A DNA stretch of 64,000 nt, taken from NCBI GenBank assembly GCA_964474435.1, contig CAYYSI010000001.1, positions 126,647 through 190,646 of the forward strand. The letters are read 5' to 3'. Source of the DNA: an uncultured Candidatus Saccharibacteria bacterium. Lineage in GTDB: Bacteria; Patescibacteriota; Minisyncoccia; Phycocordibacterales; UBA9973. Below are positions 46,904 through 55,881 of this stretch, one piece after another. Both the position numbers and the translations under genes were made by a program. How positions within the stretch are numbered: position 1 is the first letter of the stretch; each line of letters opens with the position of its first letter. Below the pieces are notes generated by a model. It saw nothing but the letters and a program-made list of their open reading frames with translations, was not told the origin of the DNA and searched no databases.

Positions 46904-46931
46904 TTGACTTTTATATAAAATTGCGTATAAT
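46904..46931. promoter_or_regulatory. Promoter TTGACT-16-TATAAT
   Basis: Read directly. 20 nt upstream of the 46952 gene. Confidence 0.55.
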
Positions 46932-46951
46932 GATAAAAAATCATTTATAGT

Positions 46952-47446
46952 ATGTCAGCACTTAAACAACTTAGAAACATAGTATTTTCTGGCGGAACAG
47001 TACTCCATGGGACCAAGGCTTGTTTCAATGAAATTAAGCCGAGAATGACTGATGGAGAAGTAGCTGTTTGTGCAACAGTAATACCTGAAATCGCCCTTTA
47101 TTCAGCGCTTATCAGTAGAACCCCTGGGTACAAGCTCGGTGGAGGCGCATGGAACTTTATCAGAAAAGACGGAAATTTATCTCTAGTCTTTCGCATTACA
47201 CAAAAACGGTTAGATTTTCTTTTGTCAGATCCAGTATTACAAGGGTATGTGTACCCATTAGATACGTACGATTTTGAAAAAAGGAATTCAGCCGAATCCA
47301 GATTGTATAAATCAAGATTCCTAAGAAAGAAAATATTGGTGACGGATGATGACCTTCCGTTTCAACCAATACCTGGAAAGCTTGAGTACTGGATTCAACT
47401 ACCGTACAAAATGAAGCACCATTTTGTTATTGAGCAACTTTTATGA
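46952..47446 (+). CDS. Hypothetical protein (164 aa)
   Basis: ORF with its own consensus promoter. No family recognised. Confidence 0.45.
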   Translation: MSALKQLRNIVFSGGTVLHGTKACFNEIKPRMTDGEVAVCATVIPEIALYSALISRTPGYKLGGGAWNFIRKDGNLSLVFRITQKRLDFLLSDPVLQGYVYPLDTYDFEKRNSAESRLYKSRFLRKKILVTDDDLPFQPIPGKLEYWIQLPYKMKHHFVIEQLL

Positions 47447-47453
47447 ATTGTAA

Positions 47454-47510
47454 GACCCAGAAATATTTCTGGGTCTTTTATATTGACATTATTTAAATAA
47501 AATGTATTAT
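47454..47510. promoter_or_regulatory. Terminator hairpin (agacccagaaatatttctgggtct) fused to promoter TTGACA-16-TATTAT
   Basis: Read directly. Same terminator-promoter cassette architecture as 31688-31744 and 33376-33432. Confidence 0.55.
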
Positions 47511-47542
47511 GTTAAAAACTAACTTTTTAAAAAAAATAACTG

Positions 47543-48097
47543 ATGATGCAAACATGGAATCATTATTATCAAATGCGACCCCCAGAGCCCTCTATGGAAT
47601 TGATCAAAGCATTACCCAATGTTGTTACCGGTAGAAAGGCTCTTGATATCGGCTGCGGATCATTAATTGAAGGTTGTTTTCTTTTAGAAAAAGGATTTAC
47701 GATCACAGCCATTGATCCTGACCCTTTTGCAGAGCTATATGCTAAAGAAAATAAACATGATCAGCTTACCTTTTTACCTATTCCAGCAGAGGAGTACAAT
47801 TACCCATCGGAACATTTTGATCTAGTGTATGCCATGCGTTGTTTATCGTATGTTCCCAGAAAATATCTGATGGGAATAATAAGATCGGTATACAACAGTT
47901 TGGTCAAAAAGGGAGTATTCGTCTTTGAACTACTCGAAGGGGATGATAGGTGTAAAAAAATATATGAAGGCAGAGGAAGCGTGTATTCTCCATCAGAAAT
48001 TCAAGATCTCATTCTTCCTTTTGAAGTAAAGAAACTTGAGAGTTTACGCACAAATGACCTAGGTGCTCGCATTATTGATATTGTGACTATTAAGTGA
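47543..48097 (+). CDS. Class I SAM-dependent methyltransferase (TehB-like), copy 2
   Basis: Motif I ALDIGCGSLIEGCFLLEKGFTITAIDPDP. Near-identical motif spacing to copy 1. Confidence 0.7.
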   Translation: MMQTWNHYYQMRPPEPSMELIKALPNVVTGRKALDIGCGSLIEGCFLLEKGFTITAIDPDPFAELYAKENKHDQLTFLPIPAEEYNYPSEHFDLVYAMRCLSYVPRKYLMGIIRSVYNSLVKKGVFVFELLEGDDRCKKIYEGRGSVYSPSEIQDLILPFEVKKLESLRTNDLGARIIDIVTIK

Positions 48098-48127
48098 ATT
48101 GAAGCCCGGCAGCCCCGGGCTTTTTGT
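48098..48127. terminator. Intrinsic terminator
   Basis: gaagcccgg-cagc-cccgggcttttt. Confidence 0.6.
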
Positions 48128-48180
48128 TTGCGTGGGTTTGAGAATGGAGATATCATATAGGTAAATTAAAATCTACTGCG

Positions 48181-48315
48181 ATGAAAGCACACGTTCAACG
48201 AGTAATATCTCTATGGGATTTACTCATATTTGCAAGTCGTGAAGTGCAACCTATCGAAAGAAAGAATGTAAGGAGAGAAGATAGGAGGCGAAAACGCAGA
48301 CCACTCAAACTGTAA
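48181..48315 (+). CDS. 44-aa ORF with Arg-rich C-terminus between two terminators (alternative reading: small ncRNA); not in track
   Basis: MKAHVQRVISLWDLLIFASREVQPIERKNVRREDRRRKRRPLKL. Followed by the hairpin cagcccg-cgag-acgggctg plus a T-rich tail (48322-48352). No clear SD. Confidence 0.2.
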   Translation: MKAHVQRVISLWDLLIFASREVQPIERKNVRREDRRRKRRPLKL

Positions 48316-48417
48316 TAATCCTAAAAACCAGCCCGCGAGACGGGCTGTTGACTTTTATTGTGCCAGGCGTAAAGTTGTGGGAAAGGTAGTCATTTAAAAA
48401 ACTTAAACTCAATACTC

Positions 48418-48819
48418 ATGCAGCAGAAACCGATTGCTTCGCAAAATGAACCACTCCTTGATGGTTGCGGTTCTCCAACAGTTTTTGATGGTAAACCACA
48501 CGCCGCATACACCACAGTAAATGTGCCAGTAAGTACCACGCAAACAATGCCGTATTCCTTTCAACAATCACAGGACGGTTCTGCTTGTGGAGTAAATACA
48601 GAACCTGCTCAGGGAAACAGTACCATTACCTCTAATGTTGAGGGAACAAAAACCACAACTGTGAACACTACAAATGGAGAGTCTGGGAAGTTAAGAAGAG
48701 AATATCCTTTAGTTATTATTCCATTACTTCTTTTTTCGTCCATAGTTTTTTGCGGTATTATGTTCTACACTGTGCGTCATTGGTTTATAACGGGACGTTT
48801 CTTTACATTACCCGACTAG
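48418..48819 (+). CDS. C-terminally TM-anchored hypothetical protein
   Basis: T/N/Q-rich soluble region then a C-terminal TM (LVIIPLLLFSSIVFCGIMFYTV). Confidence 0.45.
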   Translation: MQQKPIASQNEPLLDGCGSPTVFDGKPHAAYTTVNVPVSTTQTMPYSFQQSQDGSACGVNTEPAQGNSTITSNVEGTKTTTVNTTNGESGKLRREYPLVIIPLLLFSSIVFCGIMFYTVRHWFITGRFFTLPD

Positions 48820-48886
48820 ATAAGTGGTACTAAAAAGCTTTTTGAATATTTCAAGAGGCTTTTTTTATTGCCCATTTTATGGCACA

Positions 48887-50323
48887 ATGCGAGGACTTAT
48901 GGAACGAACATATATTGGGGATTTGGGGGCAAAGGCAGGGGAGACAGTATTGATCAAGGGCTGGATTGATGTGCGTCGCGACCAGGGCAAGATGGTCTTT
49001 TTTGACTTCCGCGATATGACTGGCACCATCCAAGGTGTCGTCCTCCCAATGCGCCCAGAGGTCATCGAGATCGCAAAGACATGCCGCCCAGAAACAGTTG
49101 TGGCCGTCGAAGGCATTGTGAACAAACGCCCAGAACGCAATATCGTTGCCGATAAACAAAATGGCGATATAGAACTTGAGGTTACTGATATCAAAATTTT
49201 GAACCACGCAGAGCCACTTCCATTTGAGATCAATGTCGATACCAAAGAAGTCGGCGAAGATGTGCGCCTCAAGCATCGCTATCTCGACCTGCGCTCTGCT
49301 CGTATGCAACACAACATGCGCAAGCGTGCCGAAGTCGTGCAGTATGTACGCAACTTTTTGCAAGGTGAAAAATTTATCGAAGTAGAAACGCCGATCCTTA
49401 CCAAGAGTACCCCAGAAGGCGCACGTGACTACATCGTGCCCGCACGACTCTATCCAGGAACATTTTATGCACTCCCGCAGTCACCGCAGCAGTACAAACA
49501 GCTCCTCATGAGTGCTGGTATCGAACGATACTTCCAGTTTGCAAAGTGTATGCGAGATGAGGATGGACGAGGGGATCGTCAACCAGAATTCACCCAGCTC
49601 GACATGGAGCTCTCATTCGTCGATCGCGAAGACGTCATGCGGCTCAATGAAGCACTCCTTATCGATATCGTCACGAAACTCTTTCCTGAGAAAAAGATTC
49701 AACAGGTTCCGTTTCCACGTATTTCATACGCTGACGCAATGTCTAAATACGGCAATGATCGACCAGATATTCGCGAAGACAAAGATGATCCAAATCTCCT
49801 CGCATTTTGCTGGATCGTAGATTTTCCATTCTTTGAACGCACTGACAAGAGCGACAATCCACAGGCAGAAGGTGAATGGACATTCACACATAATCCATTT
49901 TCTCGTCCGATCGAAGAGCACATGCAGAACCTCATGGAGAAAAAAGATCTCGCATCTATCCTCACAACACAATATGATATTTGTCTCAACGGCTACGAGA
50001 TCGGGGGAGGATCAATCCGCAACCACACCTATGACGCACTCATGAAAGTCTTTGAAATCCTCGGACACAGCGCCGACGACATCGAAGCAAACTTCGGGCA
50101 CATGCTCACTGCATTCAAGACCGGTACTCCTCCACACGGCGGACTCGCCTGGGGATTTGATCGCCTCATGATGCTCCTCCTCAACGAACCAAACATCCGC
50201 GAAGTCATGGCATTCCCAAAGACGGGCGAAGGCAAGGATCCAATGATGCAGTCCCCATCAGAAGTCTCTCAAAAGCAACTGGATGAGCTCAATATTGTAT
50301 TGAAAAAAGTTGAGAAGAAATAA
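48887..50323 (+). CDS. aspS: Aspartyl-tRNA synthetase, short (archaeal/ND-type, no GAD insertion)
   Basis: OB-fold N-term, class IIb motifs (FIEVETPILTKSTPEGARDY, QSPQQYKQLLM, GGLAWGFDRLMM). About 478 aa, versus about 590 for typical bacterial AspRS. The track start 48824 is likely too early. Confidence 0.85.
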   Translation: MRGLMERTYIGDLGAKAGETVLIKGWIDVRRDQGKMVFFDFRDMTGTIQGVVLPMRPEVIEIAKTCRPETVVAVEGIVNKRPERNIVADKQNGDIELEVTDIKILNHAEPLPFEINVDTKEVGEDVRLKHRYLDLRSARMQHNMRKRAEVVQYVRNFLQGEKFIEVETPILTKSTPEGARDYIVPARLYPGTFYALPQSPQQYKQLLMSAGIERYFQFAKCMRDEDGRGDRQPEFTQLDMELSFVDREDVMRLNEALLIDIVTKLFPEKKIQQVPFPRISYADAMSKYGNDRPDIREDKDDPNLLAFCWIVDFPFFERTDKSDNPQAEGEWTFTHNPFSRPIEEHMQNLMEKKDLASILTTQYDICLNGYEIGGGSIRNHTYDALMKVFEILGHSADDIEANFGHMLTAFKTGTPPHGGLAWGFDRLMMLLLNEPNIREVMAFPKTGEGKDPMMQSPSEVSQKQLDELNIVLKKVEKK

Positions 50324-50325
50324 AA

Positions 50326-50358
50326 AAATCCCTCCGTGTGAACGGGGGATTTTTGCTT
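50326..50358. terminator. Bidirectional intrinsic terminator
   Basis: aaaaaaatccctccg-tgtgaa-cgggggatttttgcttttt. Confidence 0.65.
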
Positions 50359-50359
50359 T

Positions 50360-50764
50360 TTACCAACCAGAAACTCTGATGCCAACAGCTTTAGGTGTAG
50401 GATCTACAGTATCATCTACGGGTTGATCCCAAATTTCACAGGTTTCTCCAATAAGATCCTGCTCAAATACAAAGTCTAAACATTTTACAAAAAGAGCAAA
50501 ACTCCATAAGGGAAGATGGGCGAATTCAAATGTAGACATTTTAAATACCTCAATTTTAACTTCCTGTTCCCCTTCCTTTGCGGCAGATTTTACCTGCTCA
50601 ATCAAATTCTTTTGGAACTCAGAAAATTTTTTGGCAATAATTTTCTCGCCAGTCTCATATGATTTCCAAAAATTCTGCTTCTTTTTATTGAGATCTATTT
50701 CATAATTTTGAGAAACTGCAGTAGTAGAGGATGTTGTCAGCTCTGCAAGATTTAACTTTTTCAT
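50360..50764 (-). CDS. Hypothetical protein (134 aa)
   Basis: Low-GC ORF preceded by a long ORF-free upstream region. Confidence 0.45.
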   Translation of the reverse strand: MKKLNLAELTTSSTTAVSQNYEIDLNKKKQNFWKSYETGEKIIAKKFSEFQKNLIEQVKSAAKEGEQEVKIEVFKMSTFEFAHLPLWSFALFVKCLDFVFEQDLIGETCEIWDQPVDDTVDPTPKAVGIRVSGW

Positions 50765-51247
50765 TATTTATGTATTTTTGTTTATTGATACATTACTATA
50801 ATATTTTTATATGTCAATATGTAATAAAAAGGGAAGTAACTCGTCTCTACAGTGGAGATAGATAGTTTCTCTATCCCCGCATTGTTCATTCCAAAAGGAC
50901 TCTGAACACATCATATTTGAGGGAGAGGATTTCAGTACTTCGTACCAATCTTCTCAAAACAACCATTAACCGTCTCAAACCAGTGTGCTCATAAATGAAT
51001 CATTCGGAATACATTTGTATATCCGACACCAGCGAGCTTTTCTTCTTTCCGGTATATCTACTTCTTTTATATACCACCCATTCGCATTGATTTCATTTCT
51101 TTGCTCCTTTTACCCCCCATACCCATTGTTCTTTTTAGTCCTTTTCTCACAATCCAATACCACCGCTTATTTCATAAGCATTCGCCAAAGCCCCTCTTCA
51201 CTATAGTGATAGGGGTCTTCTTTTTATGCGGTATACTATAGGCATTC

Positions 51248-52009
51248 ATGGAAACACAGGGGGATGTAACAGCCCAGCAATTTCAGGTCAAACACGAGTC
51301 ATTTGAAGGACCGATTGAGGTCTTGCTTGAGCTTATTGAGAAGCGCAAATTTTTCGTCAACGACGTCTCACTTGCATCAGTCACTGATGACTTCATTGCT
51401 CACATTCAGACCAAGGGCATGCATCCGGACATGGTTGCGAACTTCTTGGCAGTTGCAGCAACGCTCATATTGATCAAGGCACGATCATTACTTCCAAATC
51501 TCGAACTCACGCAAGATGAATCCCAATCTATCACCGACCTCGAACGCCGCGTCGCGCTCTATCAGATCATTTCGCATGTTTCCAATGACCTGGTCAAGCA
51601 ATATGGCAAAAAGATTTCATTTGGAGGAGTTGCACGCAGTAGTGGCCCAGTATTCGCACCAGACCCCAATTTGTCCGTAGAACAACTTCCACATCTCATA
51701 GCGGACATGATTGGTCGTATTCCGCCGCCTCCTGTTGCAAAGCCAGAAGCGCGAGTGACTGCGACAATTTCTATAACCGAAGTCATCGATACACTCATCG
51801 AGCGCATCAATCGCATGACGAGCGTGTCGTTTAATGATATCCGCGTGAATGCCCCCGACGGCGACTCAAAATCCCAAAAAGTCTATACGATAGTGTCGTT
51901 TCTTGGTATGCTAGAGCTAGTCAGACGGGGACTTGTCGCTGCAAACCAAGACGAGCAGTTCGCAAATATCGCACTTGAGCGCGCACCCGAACAATCAGAA
52001 ACTATATGA
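51248..52009 (+). CDS. scpA: Segregation and condensation protein A
   Basis: FEGPIEVLLELIEKRKF...DVSLASVTDDF is the ScpA N-terminus. 253 aa. Overlaps scpB by 4 nt. Confidence 0.8.
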   Translation: METQGDVTAQQFQVKHESFEGPIEVLLELIEKRKFFVNDVSLASVTDDFIAHIQTKGMHPDMVANFLAVAATLILIKARSLLPNLELTQDESQSITDLERRVALYQIISHVSNDLVKQYGKKISFGGVARSSGPVFAPDPNLSVEQLPHLIADMIGRIPPPPVAKPEARVTATISITEVIDTLIERINRMTSVSFNDIRVNAPDGDSKSQKVYTIVSFLGMLELVRRGLVAANQDEQFANIALERAPEQSETI

Positions 52010-52539
52010 ACATCTCCCAATCAATAGAAGCAATCCTTTTTGCCACGGCAGAACCACAAACCTATGCGTCACTTGCAAAGCAGCTTGGCGTAGAAACTGA
52101 TGCGATAGATACTGCTGTCAAAGAATTGATCGTCTCCTACGAAGGACATGGGATCGCAGTTGTTGAGCTCAATCAGGTCGTGAGCCTTGCGACACGCAGT
52201 GAACACAGTGCACTCATCGAAGCGATCCGGAAGGAAGAGCTTTCCAAAGATCTCTCCAAGGCATCAGCCGAAACACTTGCAGTCATTGCGTACACGCCGG
52301 GTGTGTCCAAATCCCAGATCGAATTTATCCGTGGCGTAAATGTCTCGTACAGTTTGCGTGCACTCATGATGCGTGGGTTAATTGAATCAAAAGGGTCGGG
52401 GAGAGCGATCACGTATCATCCAACACTTGATTTGCTCGAGCATTTTGGTGTGACATCAATCGAGCAACTGCCTGACTATGTCGAGACTAAAACCAAGATC
52501 GCAACACTCCTTACGGGCGCAACAGAATCAAACTCATAA
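52006..52539 (+). CDS. scpB: Segregation and condensation protein B
   Basis: Tandem winged-helix. IEAILFATAEPQTYASLAKQLG...IAYTPGVSKSQIEFIRGVN. Confidence 0.8.
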   Translation: MNISQSIEAILFATAEPQTYASLAKQLGVETDAIDTAVKELIVSYEGHGIAVVELNQVVSLATRSEHSALIEAIRKEELSKDLSKASAETLAVIAYTPGVSKSQIEFIRGVNVSYSLRALMMRGLIESKGSGRAITYHPTLDLLEHFGVTSIEQLPDYVETKTKIATLLTGATESNS

Positions 52540-52541
52540 CC

Positions 52542-53594
52542 ATGATCATCAACGTCATCAAAATTTTTCTTCCGACAACACTTGCCTTCCTTGTAGGTAT
52601 CGCACTGACACCACGACTCACGAGCTACATGTACGCGCACAAACTGTGGCGCCGCAAGAAAAGGGTAGAGGACGCCGAGATCACCAATGATGACTACAAA
52701 AAGATCCATGATAGTGAGTCCGAAATCTCAACGCCTCGTGTGGGGGGCATTATCATCTGGCTCTCAACTTTGCTCTCGATTGCACTCATCTGGCTCATTT
52801 CCAAGATTGTGCCATCAGACCTCACAACCAAACTCGACTTTTATAGCCGAAGTCAGACACTTGTGCCACTTGCAGCATTACTCATCGGGTCGGGGATAGG
52901 ACTGATCGACGACGCAGCTCAGATCAAAGGAGTCGTCGAAAAGATCTCACATCGCTATGTCAAGATCCTCACCGTCATAGGCCTTGGTGCACTCATCGGT
53001 GCATGGTTTTATACCAAGCTTGGGATGGTCGCTATCTCAGTACCATTTGCAGCAACACCGCTCATGCTCGGCACACTATTCATTCCATTTTTCATTATCA
53101 TTTTGATTGCAGTCTTTTCTACCTCTGTTATAGACGGCATGGACGGGCTGGCTGGTGGCGTCTTTGCAGTGATCTTTGCGGCATACTCAGTCATCGCCTT
53201 TGGACAAAACCAGATCGACATTGCAGCATTTTGTGGAGTTATCACGGGATCCATTCTTGCATTCCTATGGTTCAATATTCCACCAGCACGCTTTTATATG
53301 GGAGAAACGGGCATTCTGGGGCTCACGGTCGTACTCACTGTGGTCGCATTTCTTACTGACACGGTGTTAGTCTTGCCACTCATCGCACTTCCACTTGTTG
53401 CAACCACTGCATCAAACATCATTCAGATCAGTACCTACAAATACTGCGGCAAACGTCGTGTGTTCAAGATCGCACCACTGCATCACCATTTCCATGCGAT
53501 CGGATGGTCCAAGGAAAAGATCGTCATGCGATACTGGGTCGTAAGCATTGTCTGCGCACTCCTCGGAGTCGTGGTCGTATTCATCAGCAAGTAA
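52542..53594 (+). CDS. mraY: Phospho-N-acetylmuramoyl-pentapeptide transferase MraY
   Basis: 10-TM glycosyltransferase family 4 with DD motifs (LIDDAAQ, IDGMDGLAGG) and C-terminal HHHFH. Confidence 0.85.
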   Translation: MIINVIKIFLPTTLAFLVGIALTPRLTSYMYAHKLWRRKKRVEDAEITNDDYKKIHDSESEISTPRVGGIIIWLSTLLSIALIWLISKIVPSDLTTKLDFYSRSQTLVPLAALLIGSGIGLIDDAAQIKGVVEKISHRYVKILTVIGLGALIGAWFYTKLGMVAISVPFAATPLMLGTLFIPFFIIILIAVFSTSVIDGMDGLAGGVFAVIFAAYSVIAFGQNQIDIAAFCGVITGSILAFLWFNIPPARFYMGETGILGLTVVLTVVAFLTDTVLVLPLIALPLVATTASNIIQISTYKYCGKRRVFKIAPLHHHFHAIGWSKEKIVMRYWVVSIVCALLGVVVVFISK

Positions 53595-53595
53595 T

Positions 53596-54726
53596 ATGAA
53601 CGCAGTCCTTCCTCGTACAAAAAAGGTAGAGCAAAAGCCATTTGATCGATACTTCCTAGGTATCGTCATTTTGATCACTGTCGTGGGACTTTTTTCATTC
53701 GTCTCTGCATCTCTCGGCATTCTCGCAAAGAGCGAGAGCAAGTTTTATGGAGTACTCTTTAACCAAATCGTGCTCGGATTGATCGGAGGATTTGGTGGTC
53801 TGTGGCTCACCATGAAAATCCCATACCTCTTTTGGCGCAATTATGCCTTTTATATATTCCTCATCACACTTGCACTCACGATCCTCGTCTTTGTGCCAGG
53901 ACTCGGCTTTGAACACGGTGGGGCACAGCGATGGATCTCTATTGGTCCACTATCATTTCAACCAGCCGAATTATTAAAAATTGGATTCGTCATTTATTTT
54001 GCCACCTGGCTTGCATGGACACAAAAGAAACAACAGGATGTGAAGTTCAAGATCATTCCACTCATTTGTTTACTCGGCATTGTTGCAGCAGTACTTCTCA
54101 AGCAACCCGATACCAAAAGCTTAATCCTCATCACGACAACTGCCTGCGGCATGCTCTTCGTCTCTGGTGTGTCATGGAAGAAAATTGGCGTCATTATACT
54201 CATTGGACTCGTTGGTATTGGCGGACTCGCATTCTTTCGACCGTATGTGATGGATCGTATCAAGACATTTGCAAATCCGTCGAGTGACCCGCGTGGCTCG
54301 TCATACCAGCTCCAGCAGTCTCTGATCGCAATCGGCTCAGGAGGAGTGTTTGGACGAGGACTCGGACAAAGTGTGCAAAAATTTAGCTATCTACCTGAGC
54401 CACAAGGGGACTCGGTCTTTGCGGTGATCGGAGAGGAGTTTGGATTCTTTGGGAGCATGATACTTGTCATTCTCTATGTATTCTTTGGCGTCCGCGGCTA
54501 CAAGATCGCGCTCCAAGCACCAGATGCGTTTGGCCGCTATCTGACTGTGGGGATCGTTACTCTCCTCATTGCCCAAACATTCCTCAACATCGCATCCCTC
54601 GTCGGACTCTTTCCACTCACCGGTGTCCCGCTCGTATTCATCTCACACGGCGGCACCTCGCTCTTTATTGCGCTCGCGGCTGTGGGGATAATTTTGAATG
54701 TGTCGAGATATGAAAAGAAGGTATAA
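53596..54726 (+). CDS. ftsW: Cell division/peptidoglycan polymerase FtsW (SEDS family)
   Basis: SEDS-type polytopic membrane protein (GAQRWISIGPLSFQPAELLK..., SHGGTSLF). The track start 53548 overlaps mraY. ATG at 53596 follows the mraY stop. Confidence 0.8.
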   Translation: MNAVLPRTKKVEQKPFDRYFLGIVILITVVGLFSFVSASLGILAKSESKFYGVLFNQIVLGLIGGFGGLWLTMKIPYLFWRNYAFYIFLITLALTILVFVPGLGFEHGGAQRWISIGPLSFQPAELLKIGFVIYFATWLAWTQKKQQDVKFKIIPLICLLGIVAAVLLKQPDTKSLILITTTACGMLFVSGVSWKKIGVIILIGLVGIGGLAFFRPYVMDRIKTFANPSSDPRGSSYQLQQSLIAIGSGGVFGRGLGQSVQKFSYLPEPQGDSVFAVIGEEFGFFGSMILVILYVFFGVRGYKIALQAPDAFGRYLTVGIVTLLIAQTFLNIASLVGLFPLTGVPLVFISHGGTSLFIALAAVGIILNVSRYEKKV

Positions 54727-54738
54727 TAGAATCACTAT

Positions 54739-55881
54739 ATGAAAATCCTACTAACAGGAGGGGGCACAGGGGGACACTTTTATCCGCTTATTGCCATTGC
54801 CGAAGAATTGAACCGCATCGCGGACGAAGAGCGCATTGTGAACCTCAAGCTCTACTATATGTCAGAGACTCCCTACGATGCGGGACTTCTCGAGGAGCAG
54901 TTCATACACTTTATACCGATAGTGTCGGGTAAACTGCGCGTGCATTTGTCTTTGAAAAATATTTTGATCAATATAAAAAATATGGTCACAGTGTTCTTTG
55001 GAGTCATTGGTGCGACATTCAAAGTCTTTAGTTTGTATCCAGACGTCGTGATTAGTAAAGGTGGGTATGCGAGCTTCCCAGTACTCTTTGCTGCACGCAT
55101 ACTGCGCATCCCAGTTATCATTCACGAGTCTGACACAGTGCCAGGCCGCGTGAGCAAATGGTCAGGGAAATTTGCCAAGAAAGTTGCGCTCTCATTCCCA
55201 GAAGCAGCAGCATATTTCAATCCCAAAAAAGTGTCAGTGACTGGACAACCCGTCCGCAAAAATCTTACTCACCCAGTCACGCAGGGTGCAAAAGAATTCT
55301 TTGAACTCTCACCCAATCTTAAAACCATTGGTGTTGTTGGCGGATCCCAAGGCGCAAAGGGAATCAATGATGCAGTGGTCAATTGTATTACCGAGCTTTT
55401 GGATCATTATCAAGTCATTCACCAAACAGGAGTGGCAGATTATGATGATGTAACAACCGAAGTTCGAATCATTATGGGAGACAATACCAAGCGTAATCGG
55501 TACAAGGCATTCAAGTTTTTAAATAATGTGCAATCCAAAATGTTTGCAGGTGCAGTCGATATTGTCGTCTCACGATCAGGTTCATCTCTATTTGAAATAG
55601 CAGCTTCTGGCAGACCCTCAATCCTTATCCCGTACATCTACGCTCATGGAGACCATCAGCGCAAAAATGCATACCATTATGCACGCACAGGAGCCGCTGT
55701 CGTGATCGAGGAAGCAAACCTCACGCCGTCAGTACTCCTCAACGAAATCACTTCGATACTTGAAAATAAAGAACGCTACGACAGTATGGCAGGCCATGCC
55801 AAGGCATTTTTCTTGCCCGATGCTGCACACAAGATCGCAATCGAAGCTATCACTATTGCGATGAGCCACTATCAGGAATAA
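54739..55881 (+). CDS. murG: UDP-GlcNAc:lipid I GlcNAc transferase MurG
   Basis: MKILLTGGGTGGHFYPLIAIAEEL, and the GT-B C-terminal domain with GSQGA. Confidence 0.85.
   Translation: MKILLTGGGTGGHFYPLIAIAEELNRIADEERIVNLKLYYMSETPYDAGLLEEQFIHFIPIVSGKLRVHLSLKNILINIKNMVTVFFGVIGATFKVFSLYPDVVISKGGYASFPVLFAARILRIPVIIHESDTVPGRVSKWSGKFAKKVALSFPEAAAYFNPKKVSVTGQPVRKNLTHPVTQGAKEFFELSPNLKTIGVVGGSQGAKGINDAVVNCITELLDHYQVIHQTGVADYDDVTTEVRIIMGDNTKRNRYKAFKFLNNVQSKMFAGAVDIVVSRSGSSLFEIAASGRPSILIPYIYAHGDHQRKNAYHYARTGAAVVIEEANLTPSVLLNEITSILENKERYDSMAGHAKAFFLPDAAHKIAIEAITIAMSHYQE

Noticed and set aside
50985-51206. 73-aa ORF in the pyrimidine-rich spacer
   Set aside because: The translation is low-complexity (F/L/S/P-rich), a direct consequence of the C/T skew. 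There is no start context. The region is treated as non-coding.
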